Source: an uncultured bacterium
GTDB taxonomy: Bacteria; Babelota; Babeliae; Babelales; Vermiphilaceae
Reading direction: 5' to 3'
Assembly (NCBI GenBank): GCA_963702025.1
Contig: OY969699.1
Coordinates: forward strand, 704,001-768,000
Length of the DNA: 64,000 nucleotides
In this document: piece by piece, positions 37,985 to 47,582 of the stretch
Numbering within the stretch: the first letter of the stretch is position 1
Layout of the letters: the number at the start of each line of letters is the position of its first letter
Program-made: the position numbers and the translations under genes
Notes under the pieces: model-generated
What the model was told of the DNA's origin: nothing
Database searches by the model: none
Seen by the model: only the letters and a program-made list of their open reading frames with translations

Positions 37985-38982
37985 AATAACCACTCAAGAG
38001 CAAAAAGGATAAAACTAACAAACAAAAAAATCGGATATTGTTCTTCCAATTGTGTCATGGATCGCTCTTCAATCTGTTCTTTTTCGCGCATTTCTACAAG
38101 GCGAACCAATGCCCGCAAATCATCTGCATTTGGTGTGGCATGAATATAGATGCCGCCTAGATCAGCAGCGAGTGCTTGGAGTGTTTGATCATTGAGTGAT
38201 GAAATGATCACCGTTCCATTTTTATCACGCAAATGGCCCGTTTGTTTGCCCTGTGTGTCGAATATTGGTATTGGTGCACCTTGCGCGGTGCCGATCCCGA
38301 TGGTGAAAATAGTGAGCCCTTCTTGGCGGGCCTTATCTTTGAGCGATGCCAGATCATGCGAAAAATCTTCACCGTCCGTTAAAATTATTAACAACTTATT
38401 TTTTTTGGTGCCGCTTTCTTCAAAGGCGCGCAAAGCATGAGAAATTGCCTGTTCAAGTGCGGTTTTTCCTGAGCCAACGGTGTCGGTGTCAATCTGATTA
38501 AGATAGAGTAAAAATGCTGAAATATCTTTAGTTAAGGGGCATTGGATAAAACTTGACCCGGAAAAAAGAATAAGCCCGAGCCGTTCTGATTCCAATGCGC
38601 GCACGAGTGATTTAATCTTTTCTTTAGCAAAAGTGAGTCGGTTGGGGGTAACATCTTGCGCGAGCATACTGCGAGAAATATCAAGCGCGATAAAAACATC
38701 ACGGCCCTCTTGAATTACTGCCTGCTCTTTTTTATTCCAGCAAGGGCGCAACAACACGATAAACAAAAGCAAAAACCCGAGGCTCCACAGAATATTTTTT
38801 ATGGTAATGCGGAGCAATGAAACGTTATATAAAAAGCGTTTATTGCCCACCGGTTTACCAAGCTGTTTTATGAGCGCGCAAAATCGCGTCCAGCGGTAGA
38901 CAAGCAGGAGCATTGCCGCCGCAAAGAGAATAAAAAAAATTGTATTGCCCGGTGCCATCCAGGTAATGCCGTTCCAATCCAT
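37981..38982 (-). CDS. batB: BatB-like vWA domain protein
   Basis: DISRSM MIDAS motif, PNRL, CPLT, LTDGED. Confidence 0.88.
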   Translation of the reverse strand: MDWNGITWMAPGNTIFFILFAAAMLLLVYRWTRFCALIKQLGKPVGNKRFLYNVSLLRITIKNILWSLGFLLLFIVLLRPCWNKKEQAVIQEGRDVFIALDISRSMLAQDVTPNRLTFAKEKIKSLVRALESERLGLILFSGSSFIQCPLTKDISAFLLYLNQIDTDTVGSGKTALEQAISHALRAFEESGTKKNKLLIILTDGEDFSHDLASLKDKARQEGLTIFTIGIGTAQGAPIPIFDTQGKQTGHLRDKNGTVIISSLNDQTLQALAADLGGIYIHATPNADDLRALVRLVEMREKEQIEERSMTQLEEQYPIFLFVSFILFALEWLL

Positions 38983-38984
38983 AG

Positions 38985-39974
38985 CTATATTCCAAACCAA
39001 ATGGTAGCAGAGGTTATCAGCTCAACAGATAATAGAATAATGAGTCCCCACACAAAGGGAATAAAAATATCAAAATATTTGTTAAAAATTGGTGTCTCGT
39101 GTGAGTTTTTTTCTAATGCATCGATGGTTGCGTAAATTGTGCGCATGTCTTTTGAGTTGCGCGCGAGAAAAAACTTTCCGCCCGTTTCTTGTGCAATTTT
39201 AGTTAAAAGCGCTTTATTAATTCGCGGTTTTGGAATCATGCCGTAGGCAGGGTGCATAATGAATTGGTCATCATCACTGCCGATGCCGACCGTGTAAATC
39301 TTAATGCCGAGTTTTTGTGCCAGTTCAATGGCCAGAGCCGGATCCACATCCGTTTCACTTGGCGCACCGTCGGTCAATACGATCATGATTTTACTTTTTG
39401 CATCCGATTTTTTTAATCGATTGGCGGCCGTGATTATGGCCGTTGATAACACGGTGCCTTCCGGCTCCAAAATACCAATGTATAAGCTGCTAATAAGATT
39501 ATTGATAATTTTTTTATCGAGGGTGAGCGGGATGCGTGACACGGCATCCTTTGCAAAAATTACCAAACCAATCGCATCATTGGTGCGCTTGTTAACAAAG
39601 TGAAGCGCCTCATCTTTGGCAACTTCTATGCGTGACCGTTTATCATCATCATAATCTTGAAATTGCATGCTGCCGGAAATATCAAGCACCAGCATGATAT
39701 CAATTCCTTCAAAAATAACATTCGATTTGGTGTCAACAAGCTGTGGTTTTGCTATCAAGAAAATAAGAATGGCCAGCACCAATAGCCGTAATCCGGCAAA
39801 TATTTTTTTATGCGTGGGTGCATAGGTGCTCTTACGCTTTACCAGCGCCGCGACGAGCGGAAACTGATAAAAAGGTGATCGCTTGAGCCAATAGCGTGCG
39901 GCAATAATGATAAGAGCAGCGGGAATGATCCAGTAAAAAATCTGGCTATTGGCAAAACGCAGAAAATAATCCAT
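38985..39974 (-). CDS. batA: BatA-like vWA domain protein
   Basis: GIDIMLVLDISGSM, PLTLD, LTDG, IYTVGIG, TGGKFF. Confidence 0.9.
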   Translation of the reverse strand: MDYFLRFANSQIFYWIIPAALIIIAARYWLKRSPFYQFPLVAALVKRKSTYAPTHKKIFAGLRLLVLAILIFLIAKPQLVDTKSNVIFEGIDIMLVLDISGSMQFQDYDDDKRSRIEVAKDEALHFVNKRTNDAIGLVIFAKDAVSRIPLTLDKKIINNLISSLYIGILEPEGTVLSTAIITAANRLKKSDAKSKIMIVLTDGAPSETDVDPALAIELAQKLGIKIYTVGIGSDDDQFIMHPAYGMIPKPRINKALLTKIAQETGGKFFLARNSKDMRTIYATIDALEKNSHETPIFNKYFDIFIPFVWGLIILLSVELITSATIWFGI

Positions 39975-40700
39975 TTAGTCCTCATTAGGATGCAAAAACC
40001 ATGCATAAACCCTATCTTTAAATTCCTCTTCCGTTTCTTGGGGCTCAATGTGCATCGGGCTACCAATTATTACGGTTATAGGATGAAAGTGGATCCAAAA
40101 TGTTTTTGGCGGATACACTTTATTCACACCAATTATTTTAATCGGTACCACCGACCGGTCAATTTTTTTTGCAATTAAAGAAAAACCACCAAAAAATTCA
40201 TGCACTTTACCATCGGTGTGGCGCGCTCCTTCGGGAAATATAATCAGATCCCATGGTTTTGATTTTACCAGATTAATTGCTTCGATTAAGGTGCGCATAG
40301 CTTTTATGGGGCTCGTGGTGTCCACCAAAACGGAATTGCGGGGAAGAAGAAAGGCAAGTAACGGTGACTTGGTTAATTCCGCCCACGCCAACCAAACGTG
40401 AGTTTTATTTTTAAGCGCGTTACCAATTAATGGGATATCAAATGATGATTGATGATTGGCAACAATAATGCACGGCTCTTTGGGAATGTGGCTCATACCT
40501 TTAAAGTGAATGGGCAAGAGGGAAAATTTAAGACAGAACCAATAAAAAATCTGTGATAACGTTTTAAAAAGCGGATTGTTAACCAAATAACGCTGCGGCA
40601 TCAAGAGACAAATAGCCAAAGGCACTGCCATGAAAATAAGTAAAATTATAAGTAACAATCGCGTGAACAATGTAAAAATAATGGTACCTGTTTTAACCAT
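39975..40700 (-). CDS. plsC: 1-acyl-sn-glycerol-3-phosphate acyltransferase
   Basis: NHQSSFD and IFPEGAR motifs. Confidence 0.9.
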   Translation of the reverse strand: MVKTGTIIFTLFTRLLLIILLIFMAVPLAICLLMPQRYLVNNPLFKTLSQIFYWFCLKFSLLPIHFKGMSHIPKEPCIIVANHQSSFDIPLIGNALKNKTHVWLAWAELTKSPLLAFLLPRNSVLVDTTSPIKAMRTLIEAINLVKSKPWDLIIFPEGARHTDGKVHEFFGGFSLIAKKIDRSVVPIKIIGVNKVYPPKTFWIHFHPITVIIGSPMHIEPQETEEEFKDRVYAWFLHPNED

Positions 40701-40703
40701 GCC

Positions 40704-41552
40704 TTATTCCTTTATTGTTTCTGGATAATAGAGGCCAAATTGCTCATGAATTCGTTTGGTATAAAAATTGGTGAATATACTTATTGGTATGGGCAACAAT
40801 AGATTATATATGAATGGTAGATAGAAAAAACATGGCGCACCAAATAACCAGATAATTATCATATCTATGCCATACCAGAAGATACAAAAAAGGCCGAACA
40901 TAATAAAACAAAAGGGATAATTGTACCACACCATTTTACAACCACGCACAATCGATTGCCACAAAGCTTTTATGCCGCCATTATTATCGAGCATAAACAG
41001 TATCCAGAATGTTAAAAGTGGAGCAACATACAAGGGTATATTGGCAAAGGGAAGGGAAAATAGAAAAATTGCCGTTGCTGTACGCATCAATATAAGATAG
41101 GCAACTATTATTGCTTGGGGAAGAGCTTGATCCTTGAATAGGTGAAGGACTAACCATTTGCTTGCTGTTACTATTGAATAGCCAAAAATTACTGCAAAAA
41201 TAAAAAATAGAAGGCTCAACACGATAAATGAAAGAAAATGTTTTTTGTAATCTTTATAATAATGAAAACTTTTACGTTTGATTGAGGGGCGAATTATTAA
41301 ATACATAAGAAAAAAAACAAAAAACCACCCAAGCAGGGGAATGAGTAAAAAATAGCTGTGTCCGTGTACCATACTATAGCGATTATACCAGAGCTCTGCT
41401 GCGATGGTGAGCAGAATGAGCCACCCCACATGGAGTAGGATAAACTTGTATGATTCCAAGATTCTCTTTATAGTTACTAAAAAAAATAATTTTGCATTTT
41501 TTGGCGCAAATACCGATAATGATTCTTTCCATGATTGAAAAAGAGCGGGCAT
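40704..41552 (-). CDS. Hypothetical polytopic membrane protein
   Basis: About 6 TM segments; first gene of the minus-strand run. Confidence 0.75.
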   Translation of the reverse strand: MPALFQSWKESLSVFAPKNAKLFFLVTIKRILESYKFILLHVGWLILLTIAAELWYNRYSMVHGHSYFLLIPLLGWFFVFFLMYLIIRPSIKRKSFHYYKDYKKHFLSFIVLSLLFFIFAVIFGYSIVTASKWLVLHLFKDQALPQAIIVAYLILMRTATAIFLFSLPFANIPLYVAPLLTFWILFMLDNNGGIKALWQSIVRGCKMVWYNYPFCFIMFGLFCIFWYGIDMIIIWLFGAPCFFYLPFIYNLLLPIPISIFTNFYTKRIHEQFGLYYPETIKE

Positions 41553-41784
41553 GCTTGTTCCTTAGTTAATTCGCTTAAGGTCTAGTGCGTAAGCACTCTA
41601 TTCATTGTGTGCAAAACTAGCACAAACTGAGCTCTCTTACAAGAGAGCTCCCAGGATTATTTGACATTTAGTAAATAATTTGATTACTATAAAAGAGATA
41701 ATAAGATGAAAAATGGTAGTTCTTATAGCAATATGTATTTTGTTTTCCTAATATGAGATACATACTAAAGTTGAGAAAAAAGGT

Positions 41785-44037
41785 ATGAAAAAGCTGTTAA
41801 TTGTAGAGTCGCCAGCCAAGATTAAAACAATCAGTAAATTTTTGGGAAAAGATTTTAAGATCATGTCCACCATGGGGCATGTCAAAGATCTGCCTACCAA
41901 AAAGACTGGTGTTACTATTAATGGCTCTATAAATATTGAATATGTTCCTATTGAAAATAAAGATAAAACGATTGCAGAATTATGCAAAGCAGCCTCTGCG
42001 TCTGATGAAATTTACTTGGCTCCCGATCCTGATCGTGAAGGTGAAATTATTGCCTGGCACGTGGAACAAGAGATAAAGAAAGTTGCCAAAAAAGCAAAAA
42101 TTCATCGCATTACGTTTAATGAAATTACTAAGTCCGCTATTCAAGAAGCAATCGAACACCCGGGCGATGTTGATATGGACAAAGTTGCTGCGCAACAAGC
42201 GCGGCGTGTACTCGATCGATGGGTGGGTTATGAAGTTTCACCTATTTTATGGGTTAAAATTGCTCCCGGCCTTTCAGCCGGGCGCGTGCAATCGGTTGCG
42301 TTGCGATTGATTTGTGATCGCGAAGAAGCAATTCGTGCCTTTAAACCGGAAGAATATTGGTCAATTACCGGTCTTTTTAAACATAAAGATGGCACCATCG
42401 AAGCGGCACTTACGCTGATTGGTAAAGAGAAAGCAGAAATTACCAATAAAAAAGATGCTGATGATATTGTTGCCAAGATAAAAAAGGCTGAATATGCCAT
42501 CGAATCAATAACTGATAAAGAGCGCACCAGAAATCCGTTGCCTCCTTTTATGACGAGTACATTGCAACAAGCAGCCTTTAATCAGTTAGGCAATTCGGTT
42601 AAAAAAACGATGCAATTGGCACAGCAATTATATGAAGGTGTGCCACTGGAAGATGCATCAACCCCGGTTGCGTTAATCACCTATATGCGTACCGATTCAT
42701 TGCGCTTATCCGATACGGCCCTTAAGCAAGCGCGCGAATTTATTAGCAAAAATTTTGATAAAGAATATTTGCCGGCAACTGCCAATCAGTATGCAAAATC
42801 AAAGGCAAAAGAAGGCGCCACGCAAGATGCTCACGAAGCGGTGCGCCCTATCGATGTAACTATTACTCCCGAAAAAGCACGTAAATTTTTACCAAAAGAT
42901 TTAGCAAATCTTTATGAACTTATTTGGAAACGATTTGTTGCTTCACAAATGAAGCCCGCTCTCTATGCGCAGCGTCAAGTTGTTATTAAAGGTGGCCAAT
43001 TTATCTTTAAGGTAACCGGTTCAACACTGATCTTTGATGGCTTTTTGAAAGTTTATAACGTTGCTGAAGATGAAGATGAAAAAGAAGGCAAGGTTGTTTT
43101 ACCAAAAAGTATCAAAAAAGATGATGATTTAGCTTTGCAAAAAATAAATCCAAAGCAGCATTTTACTCAGCCGCCGCCGCGCTTTACCGAGGCATCATTG
43201 GTGAAGGATTTAGAAAAAGAGGGCATTGGCCGACCAAGTACTTATGCCGCCATTATGAATACGATTCGCGCACGGCAATATACCACTGTTGATACCAAAA
43301 AGCGCTTTAACCCTACCGAATTGGGTATGACCGTTACCAAAATGCTCGTGGAAAATCTGCCAAAAATCATGGACATTAAATTTACTGCTCATATGGAAGA
43401 ACATCTTGATAAAGTTGCGCAGGGTGAATTGGAACGCGATACTCTGTTACGTGGTTTTTATGAACCCTTCAGCCAAGATGTGCAAACCTTTAAAGGGCAA
43501 GATGGCAAACGAGTTGCTGAGCCAACTGAAATTACGTGCCCTGAATGCAAGAAGAATAAACTTGCCATTCGCTTTGGTAAAGCAGGGGAATTCTTGGGCT
43601 GTTTAGGCTACCCAAAATGCAGTTTTACCACTAATTTTAAGCGTAATGAGCAGGGGCAAATAGAGCTTGTAAAAGCAGCCGAACCTGAGATGCTCGCAGA
43701 AAAATGTCCTCAGTGTGGCAAGGCTTTACGACGTTTAGTGGGCAAATTTGGCCCCTTTGTGGCCTGTTCGGGCTACCCTGAGTGTAAGTATATCCATCAT
43801 GTAAAAGCTGGCTTTCCCTGCCCATTTGATGGGGGCGAGGTGGTTCAAAGAAAATGGCGAGGGGGCACCTTCTGGGGCTGCAATAACTATCCAAAGTGTA
43901 AATTTGCCGTTTTTGGGGATATTGAAGAAATCCCATGCCCTCAATGTAAACTGCCTTTCTTAGTTAAGAAGACTGATAAAGAGGGGAGAGTTACCCTGTT
44001 TTGCTCTGATAAAAAATGTGGCTATATCAAGGAATAG
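41785..44037 (+). CDS. topA: DNA topoisomerase I
   Basis: IVESPAK, DPDREGE, SAGRVQS, ITYMRTDS, C-terminal Zn ribbons. Confidence 0.98.
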   Translation: MKKLLIVESPAKIKTISKFLGKDFKIMSTMGHVKDLPTKKTGVTINGSINIEYVPIENKDKTIAELCKAASASDEIYLAPDPDREGEIIAWHVEQEIKKVAKKAKIHRITFNEITKSAIQEAIEHPGDVDMDKVAAQQARRVLDRWVGYEVSPILWVKIAPGLSAGRVQSVALRLICDREEAIRAFKPEEYWSITGLFKHKDGTIEAALTLIGKEKAEITNKKDADDIVAKIKKAEYAIESITDKERTRNPLPPFMTSTLQQAAFNQLGNSVKKTMQLAQQLYEGVPLEDASTPVALITYMRTDSLRLSDTALKQAREFISKNFDKEYLPATANQYAKSKAKEGATQDAHEAVRPIDVTITPEKARKFLPKDLANLYELIWKRFVASQMKPALYAQRQVVIKGGQFIFKVTGSTLIFDGFLKVYNVAEDEDEKEGKVVLPKSIKKDDDLALQKINPKQHFTQPPPRFTEASLVKDLEKEGIGRPSTYAAIMNTIRARQYTTVDTKKRFNPTELGMTVTKMLVENLPKIMDIKFTAHMEEHLDKVAQGELERDTLLRGFYEPFSQDVQTFKGQDGKRVAEPTEITCPECKKNKLAIRFGKAGEFLGCLGYPKCSFTTNFKRNEQGQIELVKAAEPEMLAEKCPQCGKALRRLVGKFGPFVACSGYPECKYIHHVKAGFPCPFDGGEVVQRKWRGGTFWGCNNYPKCKFAVFGDIEEIPCPQCKLPFLVKKTDKEGRVTLFCSDKKCGYIKE

Positions 44038-44071
44038 CTGTCCTTAAATTACGATATCTTTCAGGTTCAAG

Positions 44072-44184
44072 CGCTCGTTCATGGTGACCCTTCGAGATGC
44101 AGCTTCGCTGCTCCTCAGGATGAGCCGGAAGGACGCGTTTACTCCCGAGCGCTAGTCGAGGGGTTTAGCGAAGGCTGGGTCGAA
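44072..44184. repeat. REP-like composite element downstream of topA
   Basis: CCTTCGAGATGCAGCTTCGCTGCTCCTCAGGATGAG..GGAAGGACGCGTTTACTCCCGAGC..GTCGAGGGG, shared with 62776-62851. Confidence 0.85.
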
Positions 44185-44191
44185 TTATTAT

Positions 44192-44219
44192 TTGACAAAT
44201 AGATAATATTTGCTATCAT
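44192..44219 (+). promoter_or_regulatory. Sigma70-like promoter
   Basis: TTGACA-16 nt-TATCAT with TG extended -10. Confidence 0.6.
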
Positions 44220-44257
44220 GAAATTATAATAATGCTAAATATCATATGGAGGTTTAT

Positions 44258-44971
44258 ATGAAAAAGCACAGTACATTTATTCTGGCCGGATTGGTTTTCT
44301 TGCCTGTATTTCCAATGGAAAATACATCTAAAACTGAACTGCATACTGCTGCAGCAAATAGCTCATTAAAAAATAAAGTACAAAAAATAATTGAGTCGAA
44401 TCCAGTGCAAATACATCAAAAAGATGGCGATGGCAATACCCCATTGCACGAGGCTGCTTATTATGGTTGTACAGAAAATGCTGATCTTTTACTGCGATAC
44501 GGGGCTCAGGTTAATTCGCTGAACTATAAGGGCGAAACGCCGTTGGATAAAGCACATTATAAGTGCCAGTATGCGCTGGAGAAATTACTCAAAAAACATG
44601 GTGGCCAGTATTCAAAATATAAAGATTCTCTCAAAGAACTTGATATCTTATTATGGCAAGCAAGTGGAAATTTTGATTATGAAAAAATGCTTGATCTTCT
44701 CAAGCGTGGCGCTAATCCCAATGCAATGCATGATGATGGCAGTGGTGTTAAAATGACGCCTCTTGCTAGAATTGCGCGATCTGCCGATTACACAACACCA
44801 CATAAGGTTATGCAGGTTTTATTAGATTATGGTGCTAACATAAATCTAGAAGATAGTGCAGGCTGGACCCCTTATGGAAGAACATCGCAAGGTGCAGATA
44901 GCCAAACCGGTGACTCTATTGGAAAATTCTTTAGTCAAAGGAATGCAAGATTTAAAAAAGGAAGCATTTAG
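44258..44971 (+). CDS. Exported ankyrin-repeat protein
   Basis: Signal + ME; GNTPLHEAA, GETPLDKA, GWTPY. Confidence 0.9.
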   Translation: MKKHSTFILAGLVFLPVFPMENTSKTELHTAAANSSLKNKVQKIIESNPVQIHQKDGDGNTPLHEAAYYGCTENADLLLRYGAQVNSLNYKGETPLDKAHYKCQYALEKLLKKHGGQYSKYKDSLKELDILLWQASGNFDYEKMLDLLKRGANPNAMHDDGSGVKMTPLARIARSADYTTPHKVMQVLLDYGANINLEDSAGWTPYGRTSQGADSQTGDSIGKFFSQRNARFKKGSI

Positions 44972-45016
44972 CACATACACTCAAAAAAAATATAAATGTA
45001 TAAAATTGGAGGAATT

Positions 45017-46282
45017 ATGAAATTACATAAATCAGTACTATTAATAACCGGTTTGATTTCCGCAATGCATGCAAGTGGCATGCAGCCGGTGCAATATCTA
45101 AGAAATGCGCAGCAAGAAATACTCATTCAGTTGGTAAGCTCAGAAAAGACATCCGTATTCGTACCGAGGGAAAGTGCATTGCAAGCCGCCACTCTGGCGA
45201 CTATTTTAAACCCCCCGCAAGAAGCAGGAACATTCCAAGAAACTCAGGCAAAAAGTATCACATTGAGAGCAATTGATAATGCAACGCTTAATATTGTTGC
45301 GCAAATTATGCGCTCAGCTGATTGCCATCATGAGTTGAAGGGGAAAGCATTTTTAGATGCAATAAGCAAAGAAATTACCATTAACGATGACCAGATTATT
45401 CCGGTATTGAATGCATGCAATTTTCTTGATTATGCTCCGGGAATCAGATTAATTGCTATGGAAATGATCAACAAGCCAGCGATTATTAATCATGTAATAA
45501 AGAGCATTCAAACGAATCAACTTTCTGATGATACTGCCAAGCAAATAGCAAAAATCTATTATTTGATTACGCAGAAGGATCTTGAAGGAGTTGATAAAAA
45601 ACCGATTGTTACAATTGGTTTTTCAATCCGTGATTATCTTGAATATTTGCCTGATGTTATCAAAAAACGTAAAACTGAGACTGAATTAGATCTAAGTGGC
45701 TTGCGGCTCAATGATACTGATGGATTACGAGATATTCCTGACATTAATAATCTGCAATATTTATTGCTTTATAGCAATCAGCTGACGCAATTGCCTGCTA
45801 CGCTTTTTAATGGGCTTAATAATCTGCAATATTTATACCTTCATAACAACCAACTGACGGAATTGCCTGCTACGCTTTTCAATGGCCTTAATAATCTGCG
45901 AGTACTACATCTTGATAACAATCAACTTACGCAGTTGCCTGCTACGCTCTTCAATGGGCTTAATAATCTGCAAGAACTATATCTTATGAGTAACCAACTG
46001 TCGAAATTGCCTGCTACGCTCTTCAATGGGCTTAATAATCTTCAATTGCTATATCTTGATAACAACCAACTGACAGAATTGTCTGCCATGCTCTTCAATG
46101 GTCTTAATAATTTGCGATATTTATCGCTTTCTAACAACCAACTGACGGAATTGTCTGCCATGATCTTCAATGGGTTTAATAATCTGCGAGTATTAACTCT
46201 TTTTAATAACCAACTGACCGATGAAAACAAAGAACAGCTAAGGAATGCATTGCCTAGGATAACTTTTTTAAATTTAGATTAA
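45017..46282 (+). CDS. Exported Skp1/BTB-like + leucine-rich-repeat protein
   Basis: Signal + MQ; LVSSE...VLNACNFLD; seven 24-aa LRRs LNNLxxLxLxxNQLTELPATLFNG. Confidence 0.9.
   Translation: MKLHKSVLLITGLISAMHASGMQPVQYLRNAQQEILIQLVSSEKTSVFVPRESALQAATLATILNPPQEAGTFQETQAKSITLRAIDNATLNIVAQIMRSADCHHELKGKAFLDAISKEITINDDQIIPVLNACNFLDYAPGIRLIAMEMINKPAIINHVIKSIQTNQLSDDTAKQIAKIYYLITQKDLEGVDKKPIVTIGFSIRDYLEYLPDVIKKRKTETELDLSGLRLNDTDGLRDIPDINNLQYLLLYSNQLTQLPATLFNGLNNLQYLYLHNNQLTELPATLFNGLNNLRVLHLDNNQLTQLPATLFNGLNNLQELYLMSNQLSKLPATLFNGLNNLQLLYLDNNQLTELSAMLFNGLNNLRYLSLSNNQLTELSAMIFNGFNNLRVLTLFNNQLTDENKEQLRNALPRITFLNLD
45745..46220 (+). repeat. 72-bp tandem coding repeats (LRR), about 7 units
   Basis: AATAATCTGC...AACCAACTGACG..TTGCCTGCTACGCTCTTCAATGG repeated. 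Confidence 0.9.
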
Positions 46283-46296
46283 AAATGTGAGGAATT

Positions 46297-47562
46297 ATGA
46301 AATTACATAAATCAGTACTATTAATAACCGGTTTGATTTCCGCAATGCATGCAACCGGCATGCAGCCGGTGCAATATCTAAGAAATGCGCAGCAAGAACT
46401 AGTATCATCCATGATCGAATTGGTAAGCGCGCAAGATAAATCAGTATTTGTACCAAGAGAAAGTGCATTGCAAGCCGCTACTCTGGCGACTATTTTAAAC
46501 GCTGCGCAAGAAGCAGGAGCGTTTCAAGAAGCACAGACAAAAAGTATTCCGTTAAGAATAATTGATACTGCAACGTTGGAAATTATTGGGCAGATTATGC
46601 ACTCGGCTGATCGCCATAGCCAGTTGAAAGGAAAGGCATTTTTAGAAGCAATAAGCAAAGAAATTACCATTGCCGATGAACGGTTTATTTCCGTATTAAA
46701 TGCATGCAATTTTCTTGACTATGCTCCCGGAATCAGATTAATTGCTATGAAAATGATCAATAGGCCTACCATTATTGAGCAGGTAATAAAACTTATTCAA
46801 TCAAATCAGCTTTCTGATGATACTGCCAAGCAAATAGCAAAAATCTATTATTTGATTACGCAGAAGGATCTTGAAGGAGTTGATAAAAAACCGATTGTGA
46901 AGATTAGTTTTTCAATCCGTGATTATCTTGAATATTTGCCTGATGTTATCAAAAAACGTAAAACTGAAACCAAATTAGATCTAAGTGGCTTGCGGCTCAA
47001 TGATACTGATGGATTACGAGATATTCCTGGCCTTAATAATCTGCAAGTTTTATGGCTTTATAGCAATCAGCTGACGCAATTGCCTGCTACGCTTTTTAAT
47101 GGGCTTAATAATCTGCAATATTTATACCTTCATAACAACCAACTGACGGAATTGTCTGCTACGCTCTTCAATGGCCTTAATAATCTGCAAGTTTTATGGC
47201 TTTATAGCAATCAGCTGACGCAATTGCCTGCTACGCTTTTTAATGGGCTTAATAATCTGCGAGTATTAAATCTTTCTAACAACCAACTGACGGAATTGTC
47301 TGCTACGCTCTTCAATGGCCTTAATAATCTGCAAGTTTTATGGCTTTATAGCAATCAGCTGAGTGAATTGTCTGCCATGCTCTTCAATGGTCTTAATAAT
47401 TTGCGATATTTATCGCTTTCTAATAACCAACTGACGGAATTGCCTGGTACGCTCTTCAATGGGCTTAATAATCTGCAATATTTATCGCTTTCTAATAATC
47501 AACTCACCGATGCTAATAAAGAGCAAATAATGAATGCATTGCCTGGGGTAAATATTTTTTAA
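46297..47562 (+). CDS. Exported Skp1/BTB-like + LRR protein, tandem duplicate
   Basis: Nearly identical N-terminus to 45017; seven LRRs. Confidence 0.9.
   Translation: MKLHKSVLLITGLISAMHATGMQPVQYLRNAQQELVSSMIELVSAQDKSVFVPRESALQAATLATILNAAQEAGAFQEAQTKSIPLRIIDTATLEIIGQIMHSADRHSQLKGKAFLEAISKEITIADERFISVLNACNFLDYAPGIRLIAMKMINRPTIIEQVIKLIQSNQLSDDTAKQIAKIYYLITQKDLEGVDKKPIVKISFSIRDYLEYLPDVIKKRKTETKLDLSGLRLNDTDGLRDIPGLNNLQVLWLYSNQLTQLPATLFNGLNNLQYLYLHNNQLTELSATLFNGLNNLQVLWLYSNQLTQLPATLFNGLNNLRVLNLSNNQLTELSATLFNGLNNLQVLWLYSNQLSELSAMLFNGLNNLRYLSLSNNQLTELPGTLFNGLNNLQYLSLSNNQLTDANKEQIMNALPGVNIF
47034..47510 (+). repeat. 72-bp tandem coding repeats (LRR), about 7 units
   Basis: Same unit; QVLWLYS cassette occurs three times. 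Confidence 0.9.
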
Positions 47563-47582
47563 ATTGATGGTTTTATGCCATC

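Noticed and set aside
45745..47510. LRR variability as a diversity-generating retroelement
   Set aside because: No reverse transcriptase or separate template repeat seen, and changes do not look adenine-specific.
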